A stretch of DNA of 63,249 nt, counting the filler, from Octopus bimaculoides (lineage: Eukaryota), in the NCBI RefSeq assembly GCF_001194135.2. It is 6 parts of 6 records of this genome, joined end to end, with 100 filler letters (N's around TTAATTAATTAA, not from the genome) between each part and the next. Parts side by side here need not be neighbours in the genome. Positions count along the whole stretch, not along the records: positions 19,902 to 50,834 come from NC_068981.1; 5 more parts are not named here. One strand, 5' to 3'. Numbering within the stretch: the first letter of the stretch is position 1; each line of letters opens with the position of its first letter. Shown here one piece after another: positions 25,265 to 38,122 of the stretch. The notes under the pieces are model-generated. The model was given only the letters and a program-made list of their open reading frames with translations, searched no databases and was not told the DNA's origin. A program made the position numbers and the translations under genes.

Positions 25265-25720
25265 TAAGTAACAAAGATGTACAGGTGTCAATTCATTGCG
25301 GCCGTTTGAAGCAGCTCCATTTAACTGATTAATGAAAGCATTAGATAAATTTGAAAGAAACTGTTCTCGTCAGATGAATTCATAGACTTCAAACAAAAAG
25401 GATAAACCATTTTTTAGCAAATTTACATCAGTAATGGAAACTAAAATATTTACAATGTTTCCTTTTGTTGTTAGTGAGGCAGAATGAGCTTTTTTCATTA
25501 ATCAATTAAATGAAGCAGCTTGAAAAGGCCCTAATGAATTGACAGCTGCACATCTTTGTTACTTATTTACATTCACTTAACTTGGAATCTGCACTTCGGA
25601 AATACTATAGAAAGTACCTTTATAAAAGGTACATGTCTGAATTATCAAGAGCGGATATGTTCATTTAGCTGGGTTGCATTGTCTGCACACACGACAGGAA
25701 TATTGGATACAAATACCCAT
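25262..25720. mobile_element. Long-TIR MITE/foldback element
   Basis: Left arm 25262-25335 is the inverted repeat of 25494-25568; right arm continues to about 25720; left end lost at a (CA)n array. Confidence 0.75.
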
Positions 25721-25957
25721 ACATAATATTCAATATTCAAATGATATTGTTGGAGGTACGCAGATTATACCGAACTAACAAGGTACCTCAATTTAAGTAC
25801 TTAATTCAACTGAATTTTAATTATATATATATATCATAAATGAGTATATGCATATATACGTACATGTATGTACATACCTACATCTACATGTATATATAGA
25901 TGCATATCTGGGTACAGGACGTTGCAAAGAAACGTGGACAAAATGATAAACAGAGTA

Positions 25958-25996
<39 letters not shown>

Positions 25997-26569
25997 NNNN
26001 NNNNNNNNNNNNNNNNNNNNNNNNNNNNNNNNNNNNNNNNNNNNNNNNNNNNNNNNNNNNNNNNNNNNNNNNNNNNNNNNNNNNNNNNNNNNNNNNNNNN
26101 NNNNNNNNNNNNNNNNNNNNNNNNNNNNNNNNNNNNNNNNNNNNNNNNNNNNNNNNNNNNNNNNNNNNNNNNNNNNNNNNNNNNNNNNNNNNNNNNNNNN
26201 NNNNNNNNNNNNNNNNNNNNNNNNNNNNNNNNNNNNNNNNNNNNNNNNNNNNNNNNNNNNNNNNNNNNNNNNNNNNNNNNNNNNNNNNNNNNNNNNNNNN
26301 NNNNNNNNNNNNNNNNNNNNNNNNNNNNNNNNNNNNNNNNNNNNNNNNNNNNNNNNNNNNNNNNNNNNNNNNNNNNNNNNNNNNNNNNNNNNNNNNNNNN
26401 NNNNNNNNNNNNNNNNNNNNNNNNNNNNNNNNNNNNNNNNNNNNNNNNNNNNNNNNNNNNNNNNNNNNNNNNNNNNNNNNNNNNNNNNNNNNNNNNNNNN
26501 NNNNNNNNNNNNNNNNNNNNNNNNNNNNNNNNNNNNNNNNAATGTTTGTTTTTATGGTCATTTATAATC

Positions 26570-26755
26570 CTTTCTACTGAAGGCACAAGGCCTGAAATTA
26601 TTGGGGAAGGGACTTGTCAATTACATCAACGAGTATTTCACTTATTTTATCGTTCTCGAAGGTTGAAAGGCAAAGTCGACCTCGGCAGAATTTGAACTCA
26701 GAACGCAAGGACGCACGAAATGCCGGTAAGGATTTTTCTCCGGCGTGCTAACAAG
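26570..26755 (-). mobile_element. SINE family B
   Basis: ggcacaaggcctgaaatt...gaaaggcaaagtcgacctcggcagaatttgaactcagaac. Confidence 0.85.
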
Positions 26756-26949
26756 TGGTTATGCATTCTACTATGCTGTGTTATTTCCTTTTTTATGTAT
26801 GTATGTATGTATGTATGTATGTATGTATGTATGTATGCATGCATGCATGCATAAATGTATTGAATCTGGTTCTCTACAGAATGCGTTAGTCTCCCATTTC
26901 TCTTTCTGTAAAAGGATAAAAATCCTTCTCGAGTCATATAGACTCAGAG

Positions 26950-27165
26950 GGTTTTCCAATTTTCGTGGCATATATATTCCCCACACTGGACGGAATGCCG
27001 GTTCGTCCGAACATTATTCACTTTTGTCAGTTGAGAGAACTGGAGCAACGTTAAAAGAATTGTTTTTTTTCAAGACACTACGCGTCGCCCAGTCCAGGAA
27101 TCAAGATCACAATCTTACGATCTTGAATCCAATACCCCTAACTACTATGCCATGAGCCTACACAT
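26950..27165 (-). mobile_element. SINE family E, decayed
   Basis: ggagcaacg...caagacactacgcgtcgcccagtccaggaatc. Confidence 0.55.
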
Positions 27166-27738
27166 TTCTTTTTATCTCAAACATAATATTCATTTCTAAC
27201 ATCAGTCCAAAGCCAGACAAAACAGAATAGAGTCATTCGCCCCAGTGCACGACTGATATTTTATTTTAGCAACCCTAGAAGAATGAAAAGCAAAGTTGAC
27301 ATCAGCGCGACTTGATCTCACCTCGTAAAATGACGTAATACGAAAGAAGAGAAGGAACGAAGAGAATCTAGCTAATATTTGAACTTAGAACGTAAACGAA
27401 CGTAACTAAACATTAGATGACTCAGTGTGTGTGGAACTCTGCCATTTTCTCTCCTCACCGCCCTCATGTTGAGTATATATTAAGAGTAGTGTAGTTTCAG
27501 AATCGGATTTACGAGAAGAATATACCATGGATATCTTTTCAGAATTGTAATTAACATTTATTTTTTGTTGGTCATTAGTTTTAAATTCTTAGAGCTAACT
27601 CAGTTTTAGGCTATGATTAATTTTAACGAAAATATTTTAAAAAGAAATCCTGCAACAAAAATAGTAAGAATACAAGAAAAATAACCCCCAAAATAGCAAG
27701 AGAAATAAAACGGGATATGAAGATAAAGAAGAGAGAAA

Positions 27739-27795
<57 letters not shown>

Positions 27796-27993
27796 ACCCA
27801 AAGGTGGAGGGATATAAAGAGATGAAATGAGAGAGGGAAAATGTCAGTAAATCATTAAAAAAATATAATCTACTTCAATGATAAAAAAAGCACTAGAAAA
27901 GGAAAACGAAGGATGTCTGTCAGTCGACATTGATAAAACATTAGTTACAGAGAAAAGCGCTGGAATAATGAATAACAGCATCGTTTAGGAAAG

Positions 27994-28036
<43 letters not shown>

Positions 28037-29356
28037 AANNNNNNNNNNATGATGAGTGATATATATATATATATATATATATACGTATATATATTTGCAT
28101 ACGTATGTCTGTATGTAAGTATGTATGAATGAAAGCACACACACACACACATACATACTTATACATGCACGTGCGCGCAAACACTGAGAAATGATGAGAG
28201 TGAGAAATATGTATATGTATTCATATGTATATAAATATACATAGTACATACGTGCATATACACATACACACATAAATATATATATATATAGAGAGAGAGG
28301 GAGGGAGGGAAGAGAGAAAAAGAGAAGCAAATCTATTTTTTAGGAAAATTTCTAAAATGATGCAATTTTCACAGAAAATTTCTAAAAAGATTTATTAAAC
28401 GTTTGTTTAAACAAATGTAATGTTTTCAAGTAATCTAGAATCTAATAGAATTGTGATTATAAAAATCAGCGGATTAGATGAATAAGAGCCTGGCTACTGA
28501 GCGAATAATAAAGTGGAGAAGATCTATAGTTCTTGTATCGAATGACAAAGTAAAAGCCTCTTGGCAGTTCAGATCACTATGATGTAAAATGGTACCATTA
28601 GTTCACTGTAATGATCTTGATGTGGAATCTGATTGAGCCGAAATCTTGACATCCATAGGCTGAGCATGTAAGATACATAATTTTACTAATATGGAATACA
28701 CATACTCACTCACGCACATACGCACAGATACGCACTCAAACACGTGCGCGCGAGCACACACCTAGTTAGTTTCAAATTGTATCAGCAATTATTAGAAAGG
28801 CTAAAATTCAAATGATTTAAGACAAGTGCTTAAGTGCATTCAAAAATATGTTGAACGCGCTCGTTACCTCTGTCATTCCACTGAAGAATTTTCGGTAAAG
28901 CCAATTATTTTCGAAGAATTTCAAAACTATAGTTAAGAATTATATAATTTACTCATCGCATGCATTTATATATAAAAAGTTATGAAAAGTTTTATGTATA
29001 CAAAAGAAAAAAAGCGATTAACTAGAAATAGGAGCAAGATATGTGTATATGCCAAAATAATATTGTTACGTATACATGAACATTGAGCTAATAATAAGCA
29101 AATATATTTTATGAAAGTTCAAGGACTTGTTTTGTAAATTTACATGGCATTTATACACTTTATTACTATCTAGGAATTTAGACTCTAAGGTGTATGTGCC
29201 AAGGTGGATAAAATTGCGATGGGTGTATAGTTTAAGGTTACGATTGAATTTATGGTAACCATAGGGTTGTGAATTGAAGGGTGGAGGCTTAGTGGTTAGG
29301 TTTTGCACTAATGATCGTAAGATTACGGTTTCGATTCCTGGACCGAGCGACGATTT

Positions 29357-29905
29357 GTGCGCTGTGCTGGTGACTCTGAAGCCCTTGCAGCAGCAGTAGT
29401 GTCAGCATTATGCTTCCTTCGAGTGGTGCGCTATGCTGGTGACTCTGCAGCCTGTGCATCAGCAGTAGTTTTAGCATTACGTGCCCTCCGAGCTGTGCGT
29501 TGTTGTGGTGACTGTGAGGCCCTTGCAGCAGCAGTAGTTTCAGCATTACGCCTCATTCGGGCAGTGCACTGTTATTCAGTCTGCAGCCGTTGCAGCTGAA
29601 GCATTTTTAGCAAGACGCGCCAACCGGATAGCCCGTTGTTGAGGTGGCTCGGTAGCCCTGGCGGCAGCAACAGTTGCAGTATGACGGGCTCGGCGGGTCA
29701 CAAGCTCTTCTTCAGATTTTGAAGCCTTAAAGGTTGCAGAAATTGCAGGTGCGTGTACTACACGGGCAGCGACATCGTAGGCAGCCTGCTGGGACAGTCT
29801 GTGGGTCCTCTGGTCTTGAGTTTCGTTATCCCGATATCTTATGGCTTTGACGGCAGCGTGGGACAATCTACCAATGCGAGCTCGCTTTCTCCTAGGTGGC
29901 ATTGC
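29357..29905 (-). pseudogene. Helitron RepHel N-terminal region with 22-aa repeats
   Basis: MPPRRKRARIGRLSH...NETQDQRTHRL...; repeats RNAETTAAARASQSPQQRTARR (66 bp); two in-frame stops. Confidence 0.7.
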
Positions 29906-30067
29906 AGGGATATCTGCAAAGTGAAGGTAGAGACGAGTTAAGTCGAATGCCTGAATGATGTTTGTCGTACTATTGTTTGCTGAGTGAGTTCAGAAAATTG
30001 TCACAATGGCCTTAGGAAGGGTTGAGACGTTTGAGCCCTCGGGCATTCTGGTTAAACATTATCTTAC

Positions 30068-30350
30068 GGCATTAAAAAAATAATTAGAAGTTGATTTAAA
30101 TTGCATGGCCACCTCAAGGAAGTGCTACCGTGCAAATATCGGCAGTTTACAGTGAATGGGCATTGTGAAAACTGTATAACTGTCACAACTTGGTATGAGT
30201 AAAAGTAGAGAATATATATTATATGGATTAATTTCTTGTGGCATTTAAAAATAATTAGAAGTTGATTTAAATTGCATGGCTACCTGAACGAAGTGCTAAT
30301 GTACAAATATGGGCGGTTTTCAGTGAATGAGCATTGTAAAAACTGTAGTA
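30068..30350. repeat. About 110-bp imperfect direct repeat upstream of the Helitron ORF
   Basis: ggcatt...taattagaagttgatttaaattgcatggc...aaaactgta at 30068 and 30240. Confidence 0.85.
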
Positions 30351-30627
30351 GAAGACAAAATGAAATTAGCATAACTACGTCATAACGAGTAATGTCTCTT
30401 GAAGCAACGGTCATTAGTATTTTTTATTTACCTATGAGAAGGTGTTTTGTCCCCTAGAGATGGCATTACTCATTACGTGGAAAAATTTGAAGAGTCTATG
30501 ACCATCTCTGGAATACAAGTGATGTATGTTCCCAGCCTGAACCAGTTGCGTTAGGATGAATTTGGGCTCGAGGCTAAGAATCTCAAGTTCAGAGTGGGAG
30601 AGACATCCATTAAAATTATCATCATCA

Positions 30628-30701
<74 letters not shown>

Positions 30702-31236
30702 GAGTGAGAGAGCAGTGTATAACATCAAAGTGACACTGGGGTAAAATATACGAAACCCATTATACCCATCATGACTACCCGTCTGATAAGGGTACACCAG
30801 GCACATGCATTACAACCATATGTACACGACATGGTGATCTCATATCAAGATAAACAGCGCATGCCCTCGCAGGTGGGTCCCAGTTAGAATTTTCTTCAGG
30901 ACGGGTGGCCCATCCCGCTCAAAAGGTCCCTGAATAAGGTTTGTTTAAGGATGTTGAGCAAAACACCCATGTTTTCAAAGGTGAATTATTCAAACCCCAA
31001 AGAATTCCTCTCAACACATGGCTATGATGCTCCCCAATACTTCTGCTCGTGATCAGAGATGTACATATCGTCAGCCATGCTCAACTGGTTATGGTCAAAC
31101 AACTGACAAGCAAATCTGTGGTATTGAGCAGAATATTTGCTGTAGCCCATCTTTTTATACCAAGACAAAACAATGTACATGATAACACTTCCAATCAATT
31201 AAGATCAGAAGCCATGAGAGCCACTGCCTGGTACTG
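30702..31236 (-). mobile_element. About 535-bp non-autonomous retroposon ending in (AAT)n, copy 1
   Basis: Same ends as copies 2 and 3: 5' cagtaccaggcagtggctctcatggc, 3' ctgctctctcactc followed by (AAT)n (30620-30701). Confidence 0.85.
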
Positions 31237-31262
31237 AATCCGGGAATTTATTATTATTATTA

Positions 31263-31870
31263 AGTGAGAGAGCAGTGCATGCCATTAAAAGGACGCTAGG
31301 GTAAAATATACGAAGCCCTGTATATCCATCATGACAACCCATCTAATGAAAGTATACCAGGCACATGCATTACAACCATATGTGCGCGAGATAGTGATCT
31401 CATATCAAGATAAACAGCGCATGACCTTGCAGGTGGGGCCAAGTTAGAACTTTCTTCAGGTTGAGCCCGTCTCTCTCAAAACGTCTCTGAATAAAGGTTG
31501 TTTAAGAATGTTGAATGAAACGCCCATATTTCCAAAGGTGAGTTATCCAAACTTCAAAGAATTTCTCTCAACACATGGCTANNNNNNNNNNNNNNNNNNN
31601 NNNNNNNNNNNNNNNNNNNNNNNNNNNNNNNNNNNNNNNNNNNNNNNNNNNNNNNNNNNNNNNNNCCCCCCCCAACTACTTCTGCTCGTGATCAGAGATG
31701 CACATATCGTCAGCCACTAAGGCACATGCTCAGCTGGTTAAGATCAAGCAACTGACAAGCAAATCTGTGGTATTGAGTAGAATATTTGCTATAACCCAAT
31801 TTTTATACTAAAACAAAACAATGTACAATCAGTTAAGATGAGAAGCCATGAGAGCCAATGCCTGGTACTG
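31263..31870 (-). mobile_element. About 535-bp non-autonomous retroposon, copy 2 (with N gap)
   Basis: Tandem to copy 1, separated by a short (ATT)n. Confidence 0.85.
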
Positions 31871-31931
31871 CATCATCATCATCATCATCATCATCATCAT
31901 TCTTCTTCTTCTTCTTCTTCTTCTTCTTCTT

Positions 31932-31962
<31 letters not shown>

Positions 31963-32769
31963 TCATTATTATTATTATTATTATTAATATTATTATTATT
32001 ATCCAGTGATATGGGCTAGAAAATAATACCCGTCAACAAAAAAGTCACCTAGCGCAGGTATTGTAATATTATTACTCAACACAACACAGCCTCCGGTCCC
32101 GTTGTGCTTTAATATATATTATTAGAATTGAAAAAATTTGGTGTCAACAAGAAGGAGTTGCGGTTGGACATTTTATTTTCAATCACTACAATTGCTTCTA
32201 CGCAAAGTAGTTCTCCAGGTGTGCAGGTACTTGATTATGCAACCGTTTCCCTGCAGTATGCGATCTAGCTGTATTTGCTCAAGCGATATGTAAGTATTGT
32301 TTCCGTAAGTTCAAATTCGAGGCTTGGAGAGCATCCTCTCTGTCTATCATAGCCTGAAGTTAGTAGTAGCCACTGAGTTTATCAAGATGTGTTGTTGCTG
32401 AAGAACAGGGAAAAGATAGGGTTATTACACTGGCAGAAGGATACATATATTTAGAGAGATGGTAAGAAAAAACGTTGCCATACACGATTGACTAATATCT
32501 GTGGAAGAAACTAAATATTTTAAGGCATCTGTTTCGGAGATCTTCAGTTTATAATCTCCATCATCATTCTCTATTTATAAACAATTGTTTCGTACATGAC
32601 CTTAATTTATAGGGAGGAGTATAGTCAAATTGAATTTACGCTTGTGTATAGTCGAGACTAATTCCAAGGAGATTTGAATTCGAAATATAAAGAGAAGTGT
32701 TTAGATACTGCAAGATATCTAGTTCGGCATTCTGCAGCTTCTATTCGTTTCATTTGGTTTAGAAATAAT

Positions 32770-32910
32770 ATTGTTTTCAAATTTTAGCAGAAGACAGGCG
32801 AGGGAGTTCGGAGGACGGGATAAATTGATTACATAAACCCCAGTGCTCAACTGGTACTTATTTTATCGACCTCGAAAGGGTAGAGTTAACCACAGTGGCA
32901 CTTGAACTCG
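32770..32910 (-). mobile_element. SINE family B fragment
   Basis: ccccagtgctcaactggtacttattttatcgacctcgaaagg. Confidence 0.75.
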
Positions 32911-35303
32911 GAAAATAATGAAATATTGAATGGATAAAAAAGCACCAAACTTAGCACTAACTAGTCGTAACCGATAAAACGGCTTAAGGATATATATTAA
33001 ACAAACAACTTATAAAAATGACAAGAAAGAACTGAGTTGTCCGTCAGTAAATTTCATGATTGTTTTGCTTTCGGTTTAGTTATTTTACTGTGTACTTCTG
33101 ATAAGATTGAACAGATTGTTTTATTTTCTATTTCAATTATACATTTCCTGAGAAGATGTAAGGTTCGTGACTCATCTATAAATCCACAGCTATTATTTGA
33201 GTCTATTGATTTTTCATTTGCTTTTTGTTTTATTTCACAAAGAAAACTTGACACGATCGAAAAGATGCTAGAAGTAGTGAACCAGAGAAAGTTACATAGT
33301 CACATAATCTATGAGATAGAGAAAGGATGAAAATAAATAGCATTACTGAATCCTCCATAATAGCGTGCCTTTGGAAGTAAGAAAGGGTTATTCGAAAGTT
33401 AATATAATTTTACGTGACTAAGTAAAGGTTGAAACCTGAGCTTTTCCTTACTGTTGATAGTGGAAGTAGAGGGAAGAAATAATTTCCTTCATCTATATTG
33501 GACTTTGATAGAACGAAGAAATATTAAACTCTAAATCTAAAGAAACCCAATCTGTTAAAATGAAATATTGTCAGAAGCATCAAGTATGTATAAAGTAGCT
33601 TAAAAGATAAATAAATAAAACTTTTGTTGGTGTGCATGACATAACAACAAGCACTTCATTGTATTTCAATGAAAAACAGGGGTGATATTACATATGGTAT
33701 ATTTATGACATTCTGTTCATGCAAGTAATAGTGGTAATAACAGTTGTTAAGCCGACTAAGGAAGAAGATTTATGACCAGAAGCATTTCAATTATGACCAT
33801 CACCATTTTGCCTTCTGACATAGTTCAACTATAACCTTATTATTTAATGGTTTTCTTCTTTTCGAAAAGGTAAGATCTAATTTGAGGGAGACTTGACTGA
33901 TATTTCTAGTAAGTCTTTCGAACGAGATAGATGCTCTTTTATTGGATCGGACTGGTAGTATTTGCAGGGTTAGTAAAAGCAGTGGTTCTCATAACGCACA
34001 AAGGAAGCTAGGAGGAGGACAACGAAGATTTTTGTTTTCTTGTGTATCAATAACACGTCTACTGCATGATGCTTGCCATATTGGATGAATATTTCTTGCC
34101 AACCATTCAATGAATATTTGCTTGAAATTCTTGCTCGTAGTAAGAGAGTACATAATTAAAAAAAGCTTCATCAACCAGGTTCAATGTTTATATGTTATTT
34201 TGTATTGATAGGCTAGAAGTAAGTAATTTTCAACCAGTAGAAGATATTTTTATTCGTCTGAAAAGCCATTTGGTTGAACCTAGACATAAGGTTTAAAAAA
34301 TGTTTTGAAGAAGAACCACTTTAAATAGAACGGAATGGTGATATTAGCGCCCATTGGCAGACAATCAAATTTGACTCCAAAGTTATTTCATTTATATTGC
34401 AAATGGGACAGGAAGGGAGGTGGAAATGTGAAAACTCAGATACGCATACAACCAGACATAACTACACACACTCACTCACCCACACACGCACACAAACACA
34501 CGTACGCACACACACACGCACACACACACGCACACACACGCACACCCAAAACCCATTCCCCCCACACACCCGAGTAAAACTTTCCTCTTGAACAAGTATT
34601 GAAAATACGACTGTGTTTAATTTATTTCTGCATATTCCCTTATCAGTACTTTGCATTTTGTAAAGTTCCAAGGTCAACCAACGTTTCCAGATTTACATGG
34701 TCTCATATCTTCTAGATGTAGTAGTTGATATTGGCGTATGTTAATACTAACTTACAGTAGGTACAGACATGGGGTTTGTACTTTATTAGGGAAGACATTA
34801 CCTATAGGTTTAAATTTTTGACCGTTGACTAGAATGGTTTTTTGGGTGTGACTAATTCAGTTTATCTATGTATTAAATTTAGCAATATGTTATGCTATCA
34901 ATATCAATAATTAAATCATACAGCCTTTCTGTGTAGTTCTGTATAAAACGGACGAGTTGCTTAGTTACGTATTCCTATCAGGCTTTGCTTTATATTGTGT
35001 GAGGAAGTGCACTGTGAGTCACTGGGTGAATGTAATTACCATGGCCAAAACACAGTTAAAGCCATGAAATATTTAAGTTTCAGGTTTGCATGCAAATTTG
35101 CAAAGCACCTGTGCCATTAATAGCAAGTTTCCAAACAGGGGTGCTTTATTGACAAGGTGGTTTGAAATTTTAGCGTATTGGTAAGGCCGCTAAAATAAGT
35201 GTGCAAATCTGAGAGGGAAATATGTTGAAAAAAAATCACAATTAACTCATACTCCTCTATTTTCTTTTACCCAAAGCCAAGAACTTTTCAACACACCCTC
35301 GAT

Positions 35304-35700
35304 ATCTTTTATCTTTTACTTGTTTCTTTCATTTGACTGATGCCATACTGGGAACCACCTTGAAGCGTTTTTAGCCCAACAAACCTATCCCATGACTTAT
35401 TTTTTAAAGCCTGGTACTTATTCTATCGGCCTCCATTGCCGAACCGCTAGGTTACGGGGATGTAATCACACCAACACTGGTTATGACGTGATGGTGGGGG
35501 ACAAACACAGACACAAAAACACACATACGCACATACGATGGGCTTCTTTCAGTTTCTGTTTACTAAATTCAGTCACAAGGCTTTGTCGGTCCGAGGCTAT
35601 AGTAGAAGACACTTGCCCAAGGTGCCACGCATTGGGACTGAACCCAGAACCACGTGGTTGGGAAGTAAACTTCATACCACACAGCCACGCCTGCCCCTAT
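35304..35700 (-). mobile_element. SINE family A
   Basis: gccgaaccgctaggttacgggg...gaggctatagtagaagacacttgcccaaggtgccacgc. Confidence 0.85.
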
Positions 35701-36480
35701 GTGGAGAAATATTAACGACTGGTTAATCCGGATCAATATTAACCACTGGGATTTCGATTCTAATTTGAATCGTTATCAGAAAACAAACAGCTTCATTAGC
35801 CTGTTGAGAGAGGGCAAGAGAGGGAGAGAGAGACGGAGATATATATATATATATATATATANNNNNNNNNNNNNNNNNNNNNNNNNNNNNNNNNNNNNNN
35901 NNNNNNNNNNNNNNNNNNNNNNNNNNNNNNNNNNNNNNNNNNNNNNNNNNNNNNNNNNNNNNNNNNNNNNNNNNNNNNNNNNNNNNNNNNNNNNNNNNNN
36001 NNNNNNNNNNNNNNNNNNNNNNNNNNNNNNNNNNNNNNNNNNNNNNNNNNNNNNNNNNNNNNNNNNNNNNNNNNNNNNNNNNNNNNNNNNNNNNNNNNNN
36101 NNNNNNNNNNNNNNNNNNNNNNNNNNNNNNNNNNNNNNNNNNNNNNNNNNNNNNNNNNNNNNNNNNNNNNNNNNNNNNNNNNNNNNNNNNNNNNNNNNNN
36201 NNNNNNNNNNNNNNNNNNNNNNNNNNNNNNNNNNNNNNNNNNNNNNNNNNNNNNNNNNNNNNNNNNNNNNNNNNNNNNNNNNNNNNNNNNNNNNNNNNNN
36301 NNNNNNNNNNNNNNNNNNNNNNNNNNNNNNNNNNNNNNNNNNNNNNNNNNNNNNNNNNNNNNNNNNNNNNNNNNNNNNNNNNNNNNNNNNNNNNNNNNNN
36401 NNNNNNNNNNNNNNNNNNNNNNNNNNNNNNNNNNNNNNNNNNNNNNNNNNNNNNNNNNNNNNNNNNNNATATGTATACAC

Positions 36481-36533
<53 letters not shown>

Positions 36534-36559
36534 ATACATATTCACGCGCACACATAATT

Positions 36560-36825
36560 AATTAAACAAAAATGGAGAAAAAGACAAGAAAAAAAAAACA
36601 ACGCGAGGATGTAGTACATGCAAAGTATTAATGAAACGCTCAGAGAAGGAAAGAAAGAGTGGTTGTTTTAAGTTTCGAGCATAGCTCCTCTTCGGAAACA
36701 GGAAACATAGGAAAGTCTAAAAGAAAAAAATCGCCAACAGTCTATGTGTAGGTACATTGTTGAAATGACCAGAAGTAGACGGACAAAGCGAAAGTGCTTT
36801 CTGGGACAGAAGAGTGTGGAGAATA
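36560..36825 (-). mobile_element. Penelope-like terminal repeat remnant next to (TA)n
   Basis: Minus strand ccgaagaggagctatgctcgaaac hairpin; adjoins a (TA)n tract. Confidence 0.5.
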
Positions 36826-36829
36826 ATTA

Positions 36830-37770
36830 GTATATGTGTGTATGTTTGTTTGTGTGTGCGCGTGTATGTTTGGTGGCATGTGTGTGTGTGATAGCGAGTG
36901 TGTGTATGGTAGCGCGTGTGTGTGTCATAGCGTATGTGTGTATGGGAGCGTGTGTGTGTGTGTGGGCGGGGGGAGCAGTAACTGAATGTGTGTTGTGCGT
37001 GGTGGCGTTTTTGCGTGTGGTGGTGAAGGCATACGCATGTGTGGTACCGTGTGTGTGTATGGTAGCGTGTGTGTGTGGCAGTAACTGAGTGTGTGTGTAC
37101 ATTGTAGCGTGTTTACGTGTGTTAGTAACTGTCAATGTCGTAGTGAGAGATCAGCAGCTATAGTGACAGGTGTATGTATGGGTGGTTGTAGGAGTATGTG
37201 TATTGTGTTTTTGCACATATGCGTCAGTAGTGAGGCTGGAGGGTGTCTTAGATGCAGTCTCAAGGGTATGTGAATGGGCGGATGTGGATGTGTGTGTGTT
37301 TGTTGGCATGTGTACGTAGACGGAGTGGGAACGTGTGTATGTTTGTGTGCGTGAACGTGTGTATGGGTGTGCGTGTGTGTCTCAATCTCGATGTGTCACT
37401 CGGTCTCTCTCTCTGTGTACGCATGTGTGTGTGTGGTCAGCGTGAAAGTGTGTATATGTGTGTGTGGGCGTGCACATACATGGGTGTGCATGTGTCTATC
37501 TTTGTGTGTCATTCAATCGTGCGCTCTCTGTATAAATGCGTGTGTGTACCTATCTCTGTGTGTCTCTCTGTTGCGTGTGTGTGTCAAGGTGTATGTACGT
37601 GCATGTCTATTTGTGTACATAGATGAATTTGCGTGCGTTGCTTGTGTGTTGTGTGTGGAGGGTTGTGTGTGTAGCGTTATGTGTGTGTTTGTGCGTGTGT
37701 GTCCGTACGTGAGTGTGCGAGCGTGCGTGAGAGGGAGAGGGATGGTCGTATGAGGTGTGTTGTGTGTGGT
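36830..37770. repeat. About 940-bp cryptic (GT)n-derived low-complexity tract
   Basis: Degenerate alternating purine-pyrimidine sequence with recurring gtgtgtatggtagc units. Confidence 0.85.
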
Positions 37771-37836
37771 AAAAGAAAAGGAGATAAAAATAATACAAAT
37801 AAGTAGTACAAACAATACAAATAATAAGTAGGAATT

Positions 37837-38122
37837 GGTTGTTGGCACTCCGTCGCTTACGACGTCGAGGGTTCCAATTGATCCGATCAACGGAACAGCC
37901 TGCTCGTGAAATTAACGTGCAAGTGGCTGAGCACTCCACACACACGTGTACCCTTAACGTAGTTCTCGGGGATATTCAGCGTGACACAATGTGACAAGGC
38001 TGACCCTTTGAATTACAGGCACAACAGAAACAGGAAGTAAGAGTGGGAGAAAGTTGTGGTGAAAGAGTACAGCAAGGTTCACCAGCATCCCCTGCCGGAG
38101 CCTCGTGGAACTTTTAGGTGTT
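37837..38122 (-). mobile_element. SINE (Nin/Deu-domain-like), head lost in gap
   Basis: gatccgatcaacggaacagcctgctcgtgaaattaacgtgcaagtggctgagcac; homologous to 1113-1264. Confidence 0.75.

Noticed and set aside
28430-28680. Minus-strand FN3-like peptide (PMDVKISAQSDSTSRSLQ*TNGTIL)
   Set aside because: In-frame stop, spacing too short for an FN3 domain, weak splice sites.
33989-34174. GPCR TM7/helix-8-like ORF (IMYSLTTSKNFKQIF)
   Set aside because: Upstream in-frame stop with no usable acceptor and no other GPCR segments nearby.
32255-35180. Small plus-strand exon candidates (33 nt near 32255, 97 nt at 35084-35180)
   Set aside because: AG/GT pairs with one open frame arise often by chance; the peptides are unrecognisable.
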